64,000 nt of DNA from an uncultured Polyangiales bacterium (GCA_964624885.1 CAZUZY010000004.1:1438-65437), one strand, 5' to 3'. Shown: positions 44,166-53,895, numbered from the stretch's first letter. Program-made: numbers and translations. Notes: generated by a model not told the origin, from the letters alone.

Positions 44166-44313
44166 TCGCGTACGTCGAAGAAGGGCATCCACCTACATCC
44201 ACGCCGTCTCGGTGCACGGACGAATGTCACGTGGCGCAGACACGGGAGATGGCGAATTCTCCGGTGTTCTGGCCGTGAGGCGGGGTGGTACGCGGATTGA
44301 ACTGTCGCCGGTC

Positions 44314-45162
44314 ATGACGCTCGCTCGCTCCCTCGTGGTGGTGCTCTCGCTCGGTCTCGTCGTGGGCTGCGCTGCCCAGCACGAAGACCCGAGCGACGCG
44401 CTGGTCGGTGCGGAGGAGCCCGACGACGACGCCGACCTGCGCGGCGCGGAATCGGTGACCGACACCCTCGCGGCGGGCGCGCAGCTGCGGACCAACGCGG
44501 CGCTCAACCTGCGGGCGAGCCCTTCGAAGAGCGCGACGATCCTCGAGGTGATGCCGGAGGGCACGCTCGTCACCGCCGTCACCGGGAAGCCGAGCGCGGG
44601 CTGGTATCAGGTGAAGCACGGCGCGAAGACGGGCTGGGCCTACGGCGTCTACCTCGACCGCGTGACGAGCAGCGGAGGCTCCACCGCCGCCGGCGGCTCG
44701 TGCTCGCCCGCGCGCGCCATCGGGATCGTGAGCGCGCCCAAGAAGGCGCTGCTCGACACGATCGCCTACGCCGAGGGCACGCGGGGCTACAGCCAGGATG
44801 GCTACGACGTGATGTTCTCGTTCAAGACCTTCAGCAGCTGCGACAGCCACCCGCGCCAGACGCTCTGCTCGGGTGGGTACTGCTCGACGGCGGCCGGGCG
44901 CTACCAGTTCCTCTCCACCACCTGGGACGGCCTCAAGCTGCCGAACTTCCGCCCCGAGAACCAGACCACCGGCGCCATGACCCTCATCGCCTGGCGCAAG
45001 GCGACCATCCCGGCCGACCGTCCGCTCACCGCGACCGAGTTCACCAACGTGATGAACAAGATCTCGTACGAGTGGGCCTCGCTGCCGCCGGGGCGCTACG
45101 GGCAGCCGATCAAGACGATGTCGCAGCTGCGCACCGAGTACTGCAAACTCGCCAAGTGCTGA
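44314..45162 (+). CDS. SH3b-domain plus GH104 (lambda-R-type) lytic transglycosylase lipoprotein
   Basis: The ORF is 44059..45162. The ATG at 44314 gives MTLARSLVVVLSLGLVVGCAA. The SH3b-like segment is LNLRASPSKSATILEVMPEGTLV...GWYQVKH..KTGWAYGVYL. The GH104 motifs are LLDTIAYAEGT, GYDVMF, DSHPR, AAGRYQFL and EWASLPPGRYGQ, compared with phage lambda R from memory. Confidence 0.85.
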   Translation: MTLARSLVVVLSLGLVVGCAAQHEDPSDALVGAEEPDDDADLRGAESVTDTLAAGAQLRTNAALNLRASPSKSATILEVMPEGTLVTAVTGKPSAGWYQVKHGAKTGWAYGVYLDRVTSSGGSTAAGGSCSPARAIGIVSAPKKALLDTIAYAEGTRGYSQDGYDVMFSFKTFSSCDSHPRQTLCSGGYCSTAAGRYQFLSTTWDGLKLPNFRPENQTTGAMTLIAWRKATIPADRPLTATEFTNVMNKISYEWASLPPGRYGQPIKTMSQLRTEYCKLAKC

Positions 45163-45938
45163 CGGGACGACAGACCTTCGCCTTGCTCGGGGTGCTCGCG
45201 GCGCTCGTGGCCCTCGCCGCGTGGCGGCTCGTCGCGCCTGCGCCGACGCCGCTCGGATCGACGGCGTCGAGCGGCGTGCCGTCGGCCAGCATGGTCACGC
45301 CCTCGCTCAGCGGTGCAACATCGGCGCCCCCACCTTCCGTGGTCCCGTCGAGCCCTTCGCCGGTCACCAGCGGCAAAGCGGGGGGACTCGTGGTGGCGCT
45401 CGCCTCCACCGACCCGTTCGTGCGTCGGAAGGCCATCGAGGACGCGGTGGTCGCCAAGGACGTCACTGCGCTCGCCGAGCTCTACCAGGTGGACCTCGCG
45501 GCGAACGGCTACGTGGCGGCGGCGGCGATCGACGGTGTCGGCAAGCTCGCGGCGCTGCTGCCGATGGCCGAGCGCAAGGAGGCGATCCGCACGCTGGATC
45601 GCTGGCTGCGGGCGGAGTCCCAGCGCGACGCGAAGGAGGCCGTCGGCAACGCCTCGATCGCGGTGGACGCCCTCGGGGAGACCAAGTCGAAGGACGCGGT
45701 GACGCCGCTGATCGACGCGCTCGACGGAGGGCGTCTGCCCTTGCACGTGCAGACGCGCATCGTCGAGGTGCTCGGCACGCTGGACGACCCCCGCGCGGCG
45801 CCGAGCGTGCAACGGTTCCTCTCGCGGGTGGAGGCGGAGGCCAAGAAGCTGACCGACGCCAGCGACGCCTTGGAGCGCGAGCTGCTCACCGAAGCCAAGG
45901 CGGCGGGCGACGCGGCGCTGGCGCGCTGGTCCCACTGA
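45156..45938 (+). CDS. Membrane-anchored HEAT-repeat protein
   Basis: The in-frame GTG at 45156 lies within ORF 44700..45938 and overlaps the lysozyme stop by 7 nt. A TM helix (FALLGVLAALVALAAW) and a Ser/Pro linker come first. HEAT/PBS-lyase-type repeats follow (DPFVRRKAIEDAV, AIDGVGKL, AVDALGETKSKDAVTPLIDAL, RIVEVLGTLDDPRAAPSVQRFL). Confidence 0.65.
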   Translation: MLTGRQTFALLGVLAALVALAAWRLVAPAPTPLGSTASSGVPSASMVTPSLSGATSAPPPSVVPSSPSPVTSGKAGGLVVALASTDPFVRRKAIEDAVVAKDVTALAELYQVDLAANGYVAAAAIDGVGKLAALLPMAERKEAIRTLDRWLRAESQRDAKEAVGNASIAVDALGETKSKDAVTPLIDALDGGRLPLHVQTRIVEVLGTLDDPRAAPSVQRFLSRVEAEAKKLTDASDALERELLTEAKAAGDAALARWSH

Positions 45939-46103
45939 CCAGCCTCGGGAGCACGCCGGCGACTCTGGACCTCAAGATCGCGCGGGAGCGGCCGTAGACA
46001 GGGTGAACCGGGTGCGCTCGCGCTGACGTTCGCTCGTCGCGTCCACCGAACGTCAGGGCCGACGCTCACCCAGCTCGTTCCCGCCAGGCAGAAGGGGTCA
46101 TCG

Positions 46104-47456
46104 ATGCTCCGGACGGAGACAGGCACGCGCGCACCGAGGGCAGCGGCCATCACAGCCGACTTCTTGCACGAGCCACCGAGCGAACGGGTGACCGTCCCTT
46201 CCGTCCTGTCTCCTGGCCAGCAGGTCGACGGACGCTTCTGCCTCGAGCAGCCGCTCGGCGCCGGCGCCCAGGCCGACGTCTGGCGCGCGCGGGACATCCA
46301 CCTCGAGCGGCACGTCGCGCTCAAGGTGTTGCGGGGGTCGGCGGCCACGGGGTTGCACAGCGCGGCGCGCTTCCGGCGGGAGGCGGCCATGCTCGCCCGC
46401 CTGCGCAGCGCGCACCTGGCGACCATCTTCGGCTTCGGCTTCATCGAAGGCGAGCCCTACTTCGCGATGGAGCTCGTGGACGGCAAGAGCCTGCTCGAGC
46501 TCTGGGACGTGCACCTCGAGGCCCAGCGCCCGATGCCGCTCGGTCGCACGGTGGAGATCGTGGCGGACGCCGCGCGGGGCCTCTCGGTCGCGCACGCGCA
46601 GGGCATCGTCCACCGCGACGTCAAGCCCGAGAACGTGATGATCGAGGACGACACCGGTCGGGTGGTCGTCGTGGACTTCGGCGTCGCGCTGGATCGCGAC
46701 GACGTCGGCGACGGCATGATCTACGGCACCCCGGAGTACCTGGCGCCCGAGCTCTTGCGGGGCTCTCCGGCGAGCGCGCTGAGCGATCAGTACGGGCTCG
46801 CGCTGATCGCCTACGAGCTCCTGGTCGGATCGCTGCCGTTCGCGCACGAGCCCGCCACGATGCAGATCCTCCGGCGCGGCGAGGAGGGGCTGCCTGCCCC
46901 GTCGATCGCCCGGGCGGAGCTCGCGCCGCTCGACCGCGTGCTGCTCCGCGCGCTGTCGCCCGATCCCGCGGAGCGCTATCCGACCTGCGTGGCGCTGGGG
47001 AACGCCCTGACGCAGGCGATCGGCGGCCCGGCCCACGCGGCCCTCGACGGCAACGTGCGGGTGCTCGTCGTCGACGACGATCCGCTGTTCGGTCGGCTCG
47101 TGACGCGGTGCCTGCACGTGGCGCTCGCCGGGATCCCGCTGACCATCGAGCGCGCGACGGATCCGCGCGCGGCCCTCGAGAAATGCCGACAAGAGCTGCC
47201 CGAGCTCGTCGTGCTCGACTACGCGATGCCGGGGATGGACGGCGTGGAGCTCCTCTCGCAGGTGCGCGCGCTCCCCGAGGGCGACGCGGTGCGAGCCGTC
47301 GTCCTGAGCGGCGCCACCGACAACCAGACGCGACTGCGGTTCGCCATGCTCGGCGTGCGCACCTTCGCGACCAAGCCGATCGACTTCGAGGCCCTCGTGA
47401 CGACCCTGCGACGGCTGGCGCGATCGAACGGGTGGGTCACCGCAGGGGTCGAATGA
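46104..47456 (+). CDS. Ser/Thr protein kinase fused to a C-terminal receiver domain
   Basis: 450 aa. Hanks motifs are present: GAGAQADVW, VALKVL, HRDVKPENVMI, DFGVA and GTPEYLAPE. The receiver follows: VLVVDDDPLF...LVVLDYAMPGMDG...TKPI. Confidence 0.9.
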   Translation: MLRTETGTRAPRAAAITADFLHEPPSERVTVPSVLSPGQQVDGRFCLEQPLGAGAQADVWRARDIHLERHVALKVLRGSAATGLHSAARFRREAAMLARLRSAHLATIFGFGFIEGEPYFAMELVDGKSLLELWDVHLEAQRPMPLGRTVEIVADAARGLSVAHAQGIVHRDVKPENVMIEDDTGRVVVVDFGVALDRDDVGDGMIYGTPEYLAPELLRGSPASALSDQYGLALIAYELLVGSLPFAHEPATMQILRRGEEGLPAPSIARAELAPLDRVLLRALSPDPAERYPTCVALGNALTQAIGGPAHAALDGNVRVLVVDDDPLFGRLVTRCLHVALAGIPLTIERATDPRAALEKCRQELPELVVLDYAMPGMDGVELLSQVRALPEGDAVRAVVLSGATDNQTRLRFAMLGVRTFATKPIDFEALVTTLRRLARSNGWVTAGVE

Positions 47457-49918
47457 CCGACGAGGGGGTGGCCGCCGAGCAGACGGATCTGGTCCGTCTG
47501 CATCGCTTCTCGGCCATCGTGGCGCTGGCCTGGGCGGCGTTCGCCCTGTTGCACCTCTTCATGGGTCGAAGACTCCTCGCGCTGGTCCACGTGGGGGCGG
47601 CGGCGCTGGCGGGGATCGGCGTGCTCCTCGCGCGTCGGACCGCGCGCGGCCCGTCGCTCTCGATCGTCGCGATGAGCTCGTGCGTCGCGCTGGTGGTCGT
47701 CACCGTGCTGACCGGCGGCGCGCGCGCGCCGACCATGGTGTACCTGGCCCTCCTCCCGCTCGTGACCGGCCTGTTCCGGCGGCCCCTCGTGCGGAGGACG
47801 TGGCTCGCGGTGGCGCTGCTCGCCATCGTCGCCATCCCGCCGCTCACGACGCTGCTCGGCAGCGACGTCGTCCAGCCAGGCCCCTTCGAGCAGGTGTTCG
47901 TCGTGGTCGCGCTCGCGCTGATCCTCTACGGGTTCGGCAGCGAGTGGCGGGCCTCGAGCGACGCGCTGGTGACGCTGCTCGAGGCGCGGCGACGCACGAT
48001 CGAGGGGCAGGCCGAGGAGGTCCAGCGGGCGCACGACGACGCGGTGAAGGCCTCGGAGAACAAGAGCCGCTTCGTCGCCATGACCAGCCACGAGCTGCGC
48101 GGGCCGCTCAACGGGATGCTGGGCATGAGCCAGGCGCTCGCGGACACCCGTCTCACCGACAACCAGCGCGAGCTGGTACGCGCGCTCACCACGAGCGCCG
48201 AGTCGCTCTCTCGGCTGCTCAGCGACCTGCTGGACATCGCCCGCATCGAGGCCGGACGCGTCGAGGTGGTGCTCAAGGACACCGACGTGCGCGGGCTCGT
48301 CGCCGACGTGGTCGACACCTTCGCCACCGAGGCCGACGCCAAGGGCCTCGACATCGTCGCCATCGCGGATCTCACCGTGCCCGCGGTGGTGAGCGCCGAC
48401 GCGGGCCGGCTCGCCCAGGTGCTGCGGAACCTGGTCTCCAACGCCGTGAAGTTCACCGAGAAGGGCGCGGTGACGGTCTCGCTCACCCGCGAGGAGGCGA
48501 CCCTGTGGATCTCGGTGAAGGACACCGGCCGGGGGATGAAGAAGGAGGACGTCGGTCGGATCTTCCTCCCCTTCGAGCAAGTTTCCGCCGAGCTGGTCGA
48601 CCGCCGCGCCGGCACGGGGCTCGGCCTGTGGATCGCGCGGAGCTTCGTCGAGAGCTGGGGTGGGACCATCGTCGTGGACTCGGCGCTCGGGCAAGGGACC
48701 GAGTTCCGGGTCGCGATCCCGCTCGGCCCCGAGGAGGTGAATCCACGGTTCACGACGCTGATGGGCATGCCCGTGCTCGTCGTGATCACCCAGCGGCCGG
48801 CCACCGCCCAGGCGTTCCTCGCCGTCGGTCGGGAGATCGAGGCGCGGGTGGTGCACGCCACCTCCGCCGACGATATCCTGGCCGCGGGTCGCCTCGACGC
48901 ACGGGCCCTGATCGTGGACACGGCGCACGGCGGGCTCGACCTCGCCGACGCGCTCGCGCCCCTGCGGCTCAAGGCGCGCCTCGTCCTCGCGGCGACCGCG
49001 AGTCAGCTCGCGGAGGCCGAGAAGCTCGCCGCCAAGCTCGAGGCGCGGGTGATGCTGCTCCCACCGCGCGCCTCGCGGCTGCTCGCGGCGCTCGAGGCGC
49101 CCCACCGCGCCCTCACCCACCGCCCGAGCTACCACACCCCCTCGACCGTCGACGCCACCCTGCTGGTCGTGGACGACGACGCGATCAACCGTCGCGTGGC
49201 GCGGCACGCGGCCCAGCAGCTCGGCCTGCGGGTGCTCGAGGCGGCGTCCGGCGAGAAGGCGCTCGAGGTGCTCGGGCGAGTGACGGTGGATCTGGTGCTG
49301 CTCGACCTCCACCTCGAGGGGATGGACGGCGACGAGGTCGCGCGACGCATCTGCGCGAGCCCCACCGCGCCCGCCATCATCGCCTACACGGGCAGCGTGA
49401 ACGAGGCGGACCGGCGGCGCTTGCTCGAGGCCGGCGTCACGGAGATCCTCGCGAAGCCGCTCGATCGCGGCTCGTTCCTCGGCGCCGTCAACCGAGCGAT
49501 GAACGCGCGACGCCAGCAGGCGCGCAAGACCGGCCGGTCCCTCAAGCTCGACGTGCTCGACCCCGGCGCGCTGGACGAGCTCACCAAGATCATGGGCGAA
49601 GAGGTGCCCGACATGATCACCGAGTTCCTCCCGCAGCTTCGCGCCCGGGTCGACAAGATCGTGGCGGCCGCCATCGAGGGCGAGCTCGCCCAGGTCGGCG
49701 CGGAGTCACACTCGCTCGCTTCCACGGCGGCGACCTTCGGCGCCCTGCGGGTCGCGATCATCGCGCGCACCCTCGAGGCCGCGGCCCACAAGCAGGACCT
49801 CGGCCGGGCGCGCCCGCTGTCGAGCGCCCTCGCCGAGGCGGCAGAGGAGAGCGTCCCGCTGCTCGAGGCCGAGGCGCGAGCGAGGGCCACAGATCCTCGG
49901 GCTTCTTCGCGCGTGTAA
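47453..49918 (+). CDS. Membrane-bound hybrid histidine kinase with pseudo-receiver, receiver and HPt domains
   Basis: The in-frame ATG at 47453 lies within ORF 47108..49918 and overlaps the kinase stop (ATGA). There are about 6 TM helices. The H-box is MTSHELRGPLNGMLG, the N-box is LVSNAVKFT, and the G-boxes are DTGRGM and GTGLGLWIA. The receiver is LLVVDDDAINR...LVLLDLHLEGMDG. The HPt region is AESHSLASTAATFGA. Confidence 0.9.
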   Translation: MTDEGVAAEQTDLVRLHRFSAIVALAWAAFALLHLFMGRRLLALVHVGAAALAGIGVLLARRTARGPSLSIVAMSSCVALVVVTVLTGGARAPTMVYLALLPLVTGLFRRPLVRRTWLAVALLAIVAIPPLTTLLGSDVVQPGPFEQVFVVVALALILYGFGSEWRASSDALVTLLEARRRTIEGQAEEVQRAHDDAVKASENKSRFVAMTSHELRGPLNGMLGMSQALADTRLTDNQRELVRALTTSAESLSRLLSDLLDIARIEAGRVEVVLKDTDVRGLVADVVDTFATEADAKGLDIVAIADLTVPAVVSADAGRLAQVLRNLVSNAVKFTEKGAVTVSLTREEATLWISVKDTGRGMKKEDVGRIFLPFEQVSAELVDRRAGTGLGLWIARSFVESWGGTIVVDSALGQGTEFRVAIPLGPEEVNPRFTTLMGMPVLVVITQRPATAQAFLAVGREIEARVVHATSADDILAAGRLDARALIVDTAHGGLDLADALAPLRLKARLVLAATASQLAEAEKLAAKLEARVMLLPPRASRLLAALEAPHRALTHRPSYHTPSTVDATLLVVDDDAINRRVARHAAQQLGLRVLEAASGEKALEVLGRVTVDLVLLDLHLEGMDGDEVARRICASPTAPAIIAYTGSVNEADRRRLLEAGVTEILAKPLDRGSFLGAVNRAMNARRQQARKTGRSLKLDVLDPGALDELTKIMGEEVPDMITEFLPQLRARVDKIVAAAIEGELAQVGAESHSLASTAATFGALRVAIIARTLEAAAHKQDLGRARPLSSALAEAAEESVPLLEAEARARATDPRASSRV

Positions 49919-49948
49919 GGACTCAGACCTTCCACCGTTGGAGAGATC

Positions 49949-52117
49949 ATGAGACGCCTCGCCCACCTGTTCGGCGTGACCTGCCTGGTCGCGCTCGTCG
50001 GCTGCGGTCCGACCACCACCACCTACGTGAAGAGCCCCGACACGACCCTCGGTCGCGTCGTGGTGTACCGGAACGGCATCGCCTATTTCGAGCGCTATGC
50101 GCACGTCGAGGGCAACGTCCTCAAGGTCTCGGTGCCGACCGACAAGCTCGACGACTTCCTCAAGTCGTTGACCGTGACCGACACCAAGACCGGAGAACCG
50201 GCGCCGATCTCGTACCCGACCACCCTGCCGGCCTCCGCGACCGGGCTCGTCGACCTCGAGATCCGGCTCGGCGGCCAGGCGCCCCACGACCTGAAGCTCA
50301 CCTACGTGACCGAGGCCCCGAGCTGGAAGCCGAGCTACCGCATCGTGCTCGGCAACGACGGCAAGATCACGATGGAGGGCTGGGCGATCGTCGACAACAC
50401 CTCGGGCGAGGACTGGGTCGACGTGCGCCTCGGCGTCGGGTCGAGCTCCGCGCTCTCGTTCAAGTTCGACCTCAAGTCCGTGAAGGTGGTCAATCGCGAC
50501 ACCCTGCACGCGGACGAGCTGTTCGCGACCGCGCCGCCGATGGGCGGCACGACCTACGGCGGGGAGGGCGAGGTGCAGGTCGCGACGCTCGACGACAAGA
50601 CCGCCGAGAAGATCGCCCTCGCCGACACCAACAAGAAGCTGCCGTCCGCGACAGGAACGCCCGAGCCGCAGAAGAAGCCGCCGGTCTACGTGGGCGGTCC
50701 CATGGGCGGCCCGGGTGCGAGTGGCGGCAAGATGAAGGGCCTGCCAGGTCAGCCCGCCGGCGTGACGCCGGCGACGCCCGCGCCGGTGATGCCACCGCCG
50801 CCGCCCGCGGACCCGGCGTTCGAGGCCACGGCCTACAAGCTCGCGGCCAGCAAGAAGCCGGTGGTGGTGGAAGGCTTCGCGACGGAGGCGGACGTGGACA
50901 AGGCCGGCGCCTCGCTCGAGCGCGCCGGACGCGTGCGCCTGCAGCTCATCGCGCGCGGCGTGCCGCCCGAGAACGTGGTCGCGGTCGGCAAGGGGCTCGT
51001 GCCGGGCAAGAACGGCGGCGTCCGCATCGTCGAGGTGACCCCGAAGGCGCCGCCCAAGGGTCTCCCGGCCGAGGGTGGTGCGGGCGACCCCATCGGCACC
51101 TCGCACTTCGAGTCGTCGGGCAAGATGAGCGTCAAGAAGGCCAACTCGGCGATGATCTCGATCGTGAAGGGGGCGACCAAGGGAGAGGTGGTCTACTTCT
51201 ACGATCCGGAGAGCCCGCGGGGGAACCTGACCTTCCCGTTCCGGGCGATCCGGCTCGAGAACCCGACCGAGAGCACCCTCGAGAGCGGGCCCGTCACCGT
51301 GTTCGGCGAGGGCAAGTTCATCGGCGAGGGCATCAGCGAGCCGATCCCGCCACACGCCTCGGCGTTCATCCCGTTCGCGCTCGACCGCCAGATCGTGGTC
51401 GAGACCAACGACGGTCAGAAGGACGACATCCTCCGGGTGCTCGCCGTGCAGCGGGGCGTGTTCTCGACCGAGAGCAAGCACACCCGGACCACCAAGCTCG
51501 TGTTCCACAACCGGCTGACCCACAAGGCCAAGATCAACATCCGGCACACGACGCCCAAGGGCTACACGCTGGACGAGCAGGGGTTCGTCTCGGTGCAGAA
51601 GATCGGGGCGGCCCACGTGCTCGGCATCGAGGTCGACCCCGGCGCCAAGAAGGAGATCGTGATCTCCGAGACGACCCCGGTGTTCAAGACCATCGACCTG
51701 CGCTCGCCAGGGGGGCTCGACGCGGTGAAGGCGTACGTCTCGTCCGCCGCCACCGCCGGCCCGCTCAAGGAGCAGGTGGCCCGCATCGTCAAGCTGCAGC
51801 AGGAGATCGGCAACCTCGAGCAGCGCATCGAGACCACCAAGGAGCAGCTCGGCGAGTACCGCACGCGCATGGACGAGCTCCACATGCAGCTCGTCACCCT
51901 GAAGGCGGTCAAGAGCGCCGGCCCGCTGATGAAGGACCTCGAGAAGAAGATGCAGGAGACCAGCGACAAGGTGTCCAAGACCACCCTCGACCTGGTCGAC
52001 CAGCAAGAGAAGCTGATGATGGCCAAGATCCGCCTGCAGGACGCGATCTCCGAGCTCACGCTCAAGAAGGACGAGGAGCCGAAGGGGGATCCGAAGGCAG
52101 ATCCGAAGAAGACCTAG
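49949..52117 (+). CDS. DUF4140/DUF4139-like lipoprotein with C-terminal coiled coil
   Basis: MRRLAHLFGVTCLVALVGCG provides a lipobox. VVVYRNGIAYFERYAHVEGNVLKVSVPTDKLDDFLKSLTV and APSWKPSYRIV...GWAIVDNTSGEDW match my memory of the DUF4140/DUF4139 (MuiA-like) family. The central roughly 200 aa are Pro/Gly-rich. The C-terminal 150 aa form a heptad-like coiled coil. Confidence 0.8.
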   Translation: MRRLAHLFGVTCLVALVGCGPTTTTYVKSPDTTLGRVVVYRNGIAYFERYAHVEGNVLKVSVPTDKLDDFLKSLTVTDTKTGEPAPISYPTTLPASATGLVDLEIRLGGQAPHDLKLTYVTEAPSWKPSYRIVLGNDGKITMEGWAIVDNTSGEDWVDVRLGVGSSSALSFKFDLKSVKVVNRDTLHADELFATAPPMGGTTYGGEGEVQVATLDDKTAEKIALADTNKKLPSATGTPEPQKKPPVYVGGPMGGPGASGGKMKGLPGQPAGVTPATPAPVMPPPPPADPAFEATAYKLAASKKPVVVEGFATEADVDKAGASLERAGRVRLQLIARGVPPENVVAVGKGLVPGKNGGVRIVEVTPKAPPKGLPAEGGAGDPIGTSHFESSGKMSVKKANSAMISIVKGATKGEVVYFYDPESPRGNLTFPFRAIRLENPTESTLESGPVTVFGEGKFIGEGISEPIPPHASAFIPFALDRQIVVETNDGQKDDILRVLAVQRGVFSTESKHTRTTKLVFHNRLTHKAKINIRHTTPKGYTLDEQGFVSVQKIGAAHVLGIEVDPGAKKEIVISETTPVFKTIDLRSPGGLDAVKAYVSSAATAGPLKEQVARIVKLQQEIGNLEQRIETTKEQLGEYRTRMDELHMQLVTLKAVKSAGPLMKDLEKKMQETSDKVSKTTLDLVDQQEKLMMAKIRLQDAISELTLKKDEEPKGDPKADPKKT

Positions 52118-52118
52118 A

Positions 52119-52155
52119 CGACGAAGGGAGCGCCCGGGGGGGCGCTCCCTCGTCG
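52119..52155. terminator. Strong GC-rich hairpin between convergent genes (candidate bidirectional terminator)
   Basis: cgacgaaGGGAGCGCC-cggggg-GGCGCTCCCtcgtcg has a 9-bp perfect core stem that extends to about 15 bp with one bulge. It starts 2 nt after the DUF4139 stop and ends 13 nt before the MCP stop. Confidence 0.6.
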
Positions 52156-52167
52156 CGCGCGCCGTCG

Positions 52168-53895
52168 CTAGAACTCGTCGCAGTGAGCGGCGGCGAGCTG
52201 CGGCTTCGGGGCCTTCGCGAGGCGGCGCAGCGCGGGCTTGCGGGCGACCTCGCGGACGACGACCGGCGGCCGCGGCGCCGCCACCGCGGGCTCCGCGCCC
52301 GTGTCGAGGCGGAAGCGCGCGACCAGCTCCTGCAGCTGCTCGCCCTTGCTGGCGAGGTTCTGGGCGGTCGAGGAGAGCTCCTCGGTCTGCGCGGCGTTCG
52401 ACTGGGTGACCTGGTCCATCTGGCTGACGGCCTTGTTGACCTGCTCGATCCCGGTCGTCTGCTCGTTGGAGGCCGCGGCGATCTCGCCGATCATGTCGGT
52501 GACCCGCTTCACCGAGGTCACGATCTCGCGCAGCGTCTCCCCGCTCGTGTTCACGTGCTGGGAGCCGGCGGCGACCTTCTCGGTGGAGTCGCCGATGAGG
52601 CCCTTGATCTCCTTGGCGGCCGCCGCGCTCCGCTGCGCGAGGTCACGCACCTCGGCGGCGACCACCGCGAAGCCCCGCCCCTGCTCGCCGGCCCGCGCCG
52701 CCTCGACGGCCGCGTTGAGGGCGAGGATGTTGGTCTGGAAGGCGATCTCGTCGATGGTGGTGATGATGTCGCCGATGCGGCGGGACGACTGGGTGATGTC
52801 GCCCATCGCCTCCACCGCCGATCCGACCACCGCGCCGCCCTTCTCGGCGACGGTCCGCGAGCCGGCGGCCAGCTGGGCCGCGTGCTTGGCGTTGTCGGCG
52901 TTCTGACGGACGGTGGCCGCGACCTCCTCCAGGCTCGCCGCGGTCTCCTCGAGGCCCGAGGCCTGCTCCTGGGCGCCGGTCGAGATCTGGTCGGCGGCGC
53001 CCGAGAGCTGCTGCGAGGCCGAGGCGAGCTCGTCGGCGACGGTCCGCACCTCGCTGAGGGCCTGGTGGATCGCCCCGACCGCGGTGTTCAGGGACGAGGC
53101 GAGGGCACCCAGCTCGTCGTGGCTCTCGACCTCGAGGCGCTGGGTGAGGTCGCGGGCCGCGACCCCCTCCAGCACGCCGACCGCCTTGCGCAGCGGACGC
53201 GCGATGAGGCCGGCGATGAAGACGCCGAGGCCCATCGAGAGGAGCACGCCGAGGATGGTGCCGGCGACGTTCAGGCGCGTGGCCGAGGCCGCGGTCGCCG
53301 CCCCGGCCTGGTCCATCTCGCCGGCGATGTCGGCGATGATCTGCGCCTGCTCGTCGAACGAGCGCACCGCGACGAGCAGCTTGGGGCCGGCGTCGTCGCT
53401 GGAGTTCTTCGCGGCCTGCTGGTGCAGGGCTGCCTTCTGGTCCGGGTCGGTGGCGACGGCCGCCTCCCGCGCCAGCGTCAGGGTGCGCTCGGCCGCGACG
53501 AGGTAGGCGGTCGCGTTGGTCTGCAGCGCCTCGAAGGCCCGCCGCTCGTCACGTCCGTCCTTGGTCACGGTGAGGTTGGTCGCGCCGTAGTCCTTCAGGA
53601 TCTTGTCCATCTCCCCGCGCAGACGGGCCTGCGTGACGATCATCTCGTCGATCTTGTGCGCGTCGGTGTAGTTCAACCCGTTGATCGCGTTCGCTCGGTA
53701 ACGCGTGAGCTTGGAGGCGAACATGGCCAGCTGCGTGCCGGGCACGGTGTAGTCGACGTACATCCCCCGCATCTTGTCGGTGACGCGGTGCAGGCTGTTC
53801 GCCGAGAGCACGCCGAGCGAAATCATCAGGACGCTCACCAGCGCGAAGGCCGTGAGGAGCTTCGCCCTCACCTTGAGGTTCGTGAACCATTCCAT
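52168..53895 (-). CDS. Methyl-accepting chemotaxis protein (4HB-type sensor, HAMP, signalling domain)
   Basis: The ORF is 52168..54012; I prefer the ATG at 53895 ([28 protein letters not shown]). A second TM plus HAMP follows ([24 protein letters not shown]). The conserved hairpin is [34 protein letters not shown]. Confidence 0.92.
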   Translation of the reverse strand: MEWFTNLKVRAKLLTAFALVSVLMISLGVLSANSLHRVTDKMRGMYVDYTVPGTQLAMFASKLTRYRANAINGLNYTDAHKIDEMIVTQARLRGEMDKILKDYGATNLTVTKDGRDERRAFEALQTNATAYLVAAERTLTLAREAAVATDPDQKAALHQQAAKNSSDDAGPKLLVAVRSFDEQAQIIADIAGEMDQAGAATAASATRLNVAGTILGVLLSMGLGVFIAGLIARPLRKAVGVLEGVAARDLTQRLEVESHDELGALASSLNTAVGAIHQALSEVRTVADELASASQQLSGAADQISTGAQEQASGLEETAASLEEVAATVRQNADNAKHAAQLAAGSRTVAEKGGAVVGSAVEAMGDITQSSRRIGDIITTIDEIAFQTNILALNAAVEAARAGEQGRGFAVVAAEVRDLAQRSAAAAKEIKGLIGDSTEKVAAGSQHVNTSGETLREIVTSVKRVTDMIGEIAAASNEQTTGIEQVNKAVSQMDQVTQSNAAQTEELSSTAQNLASKGEQLQELVARFRLDTGAEPAVAAPRPPVVVREVARKPALRRLAKAPKPQLAAAHCDEF

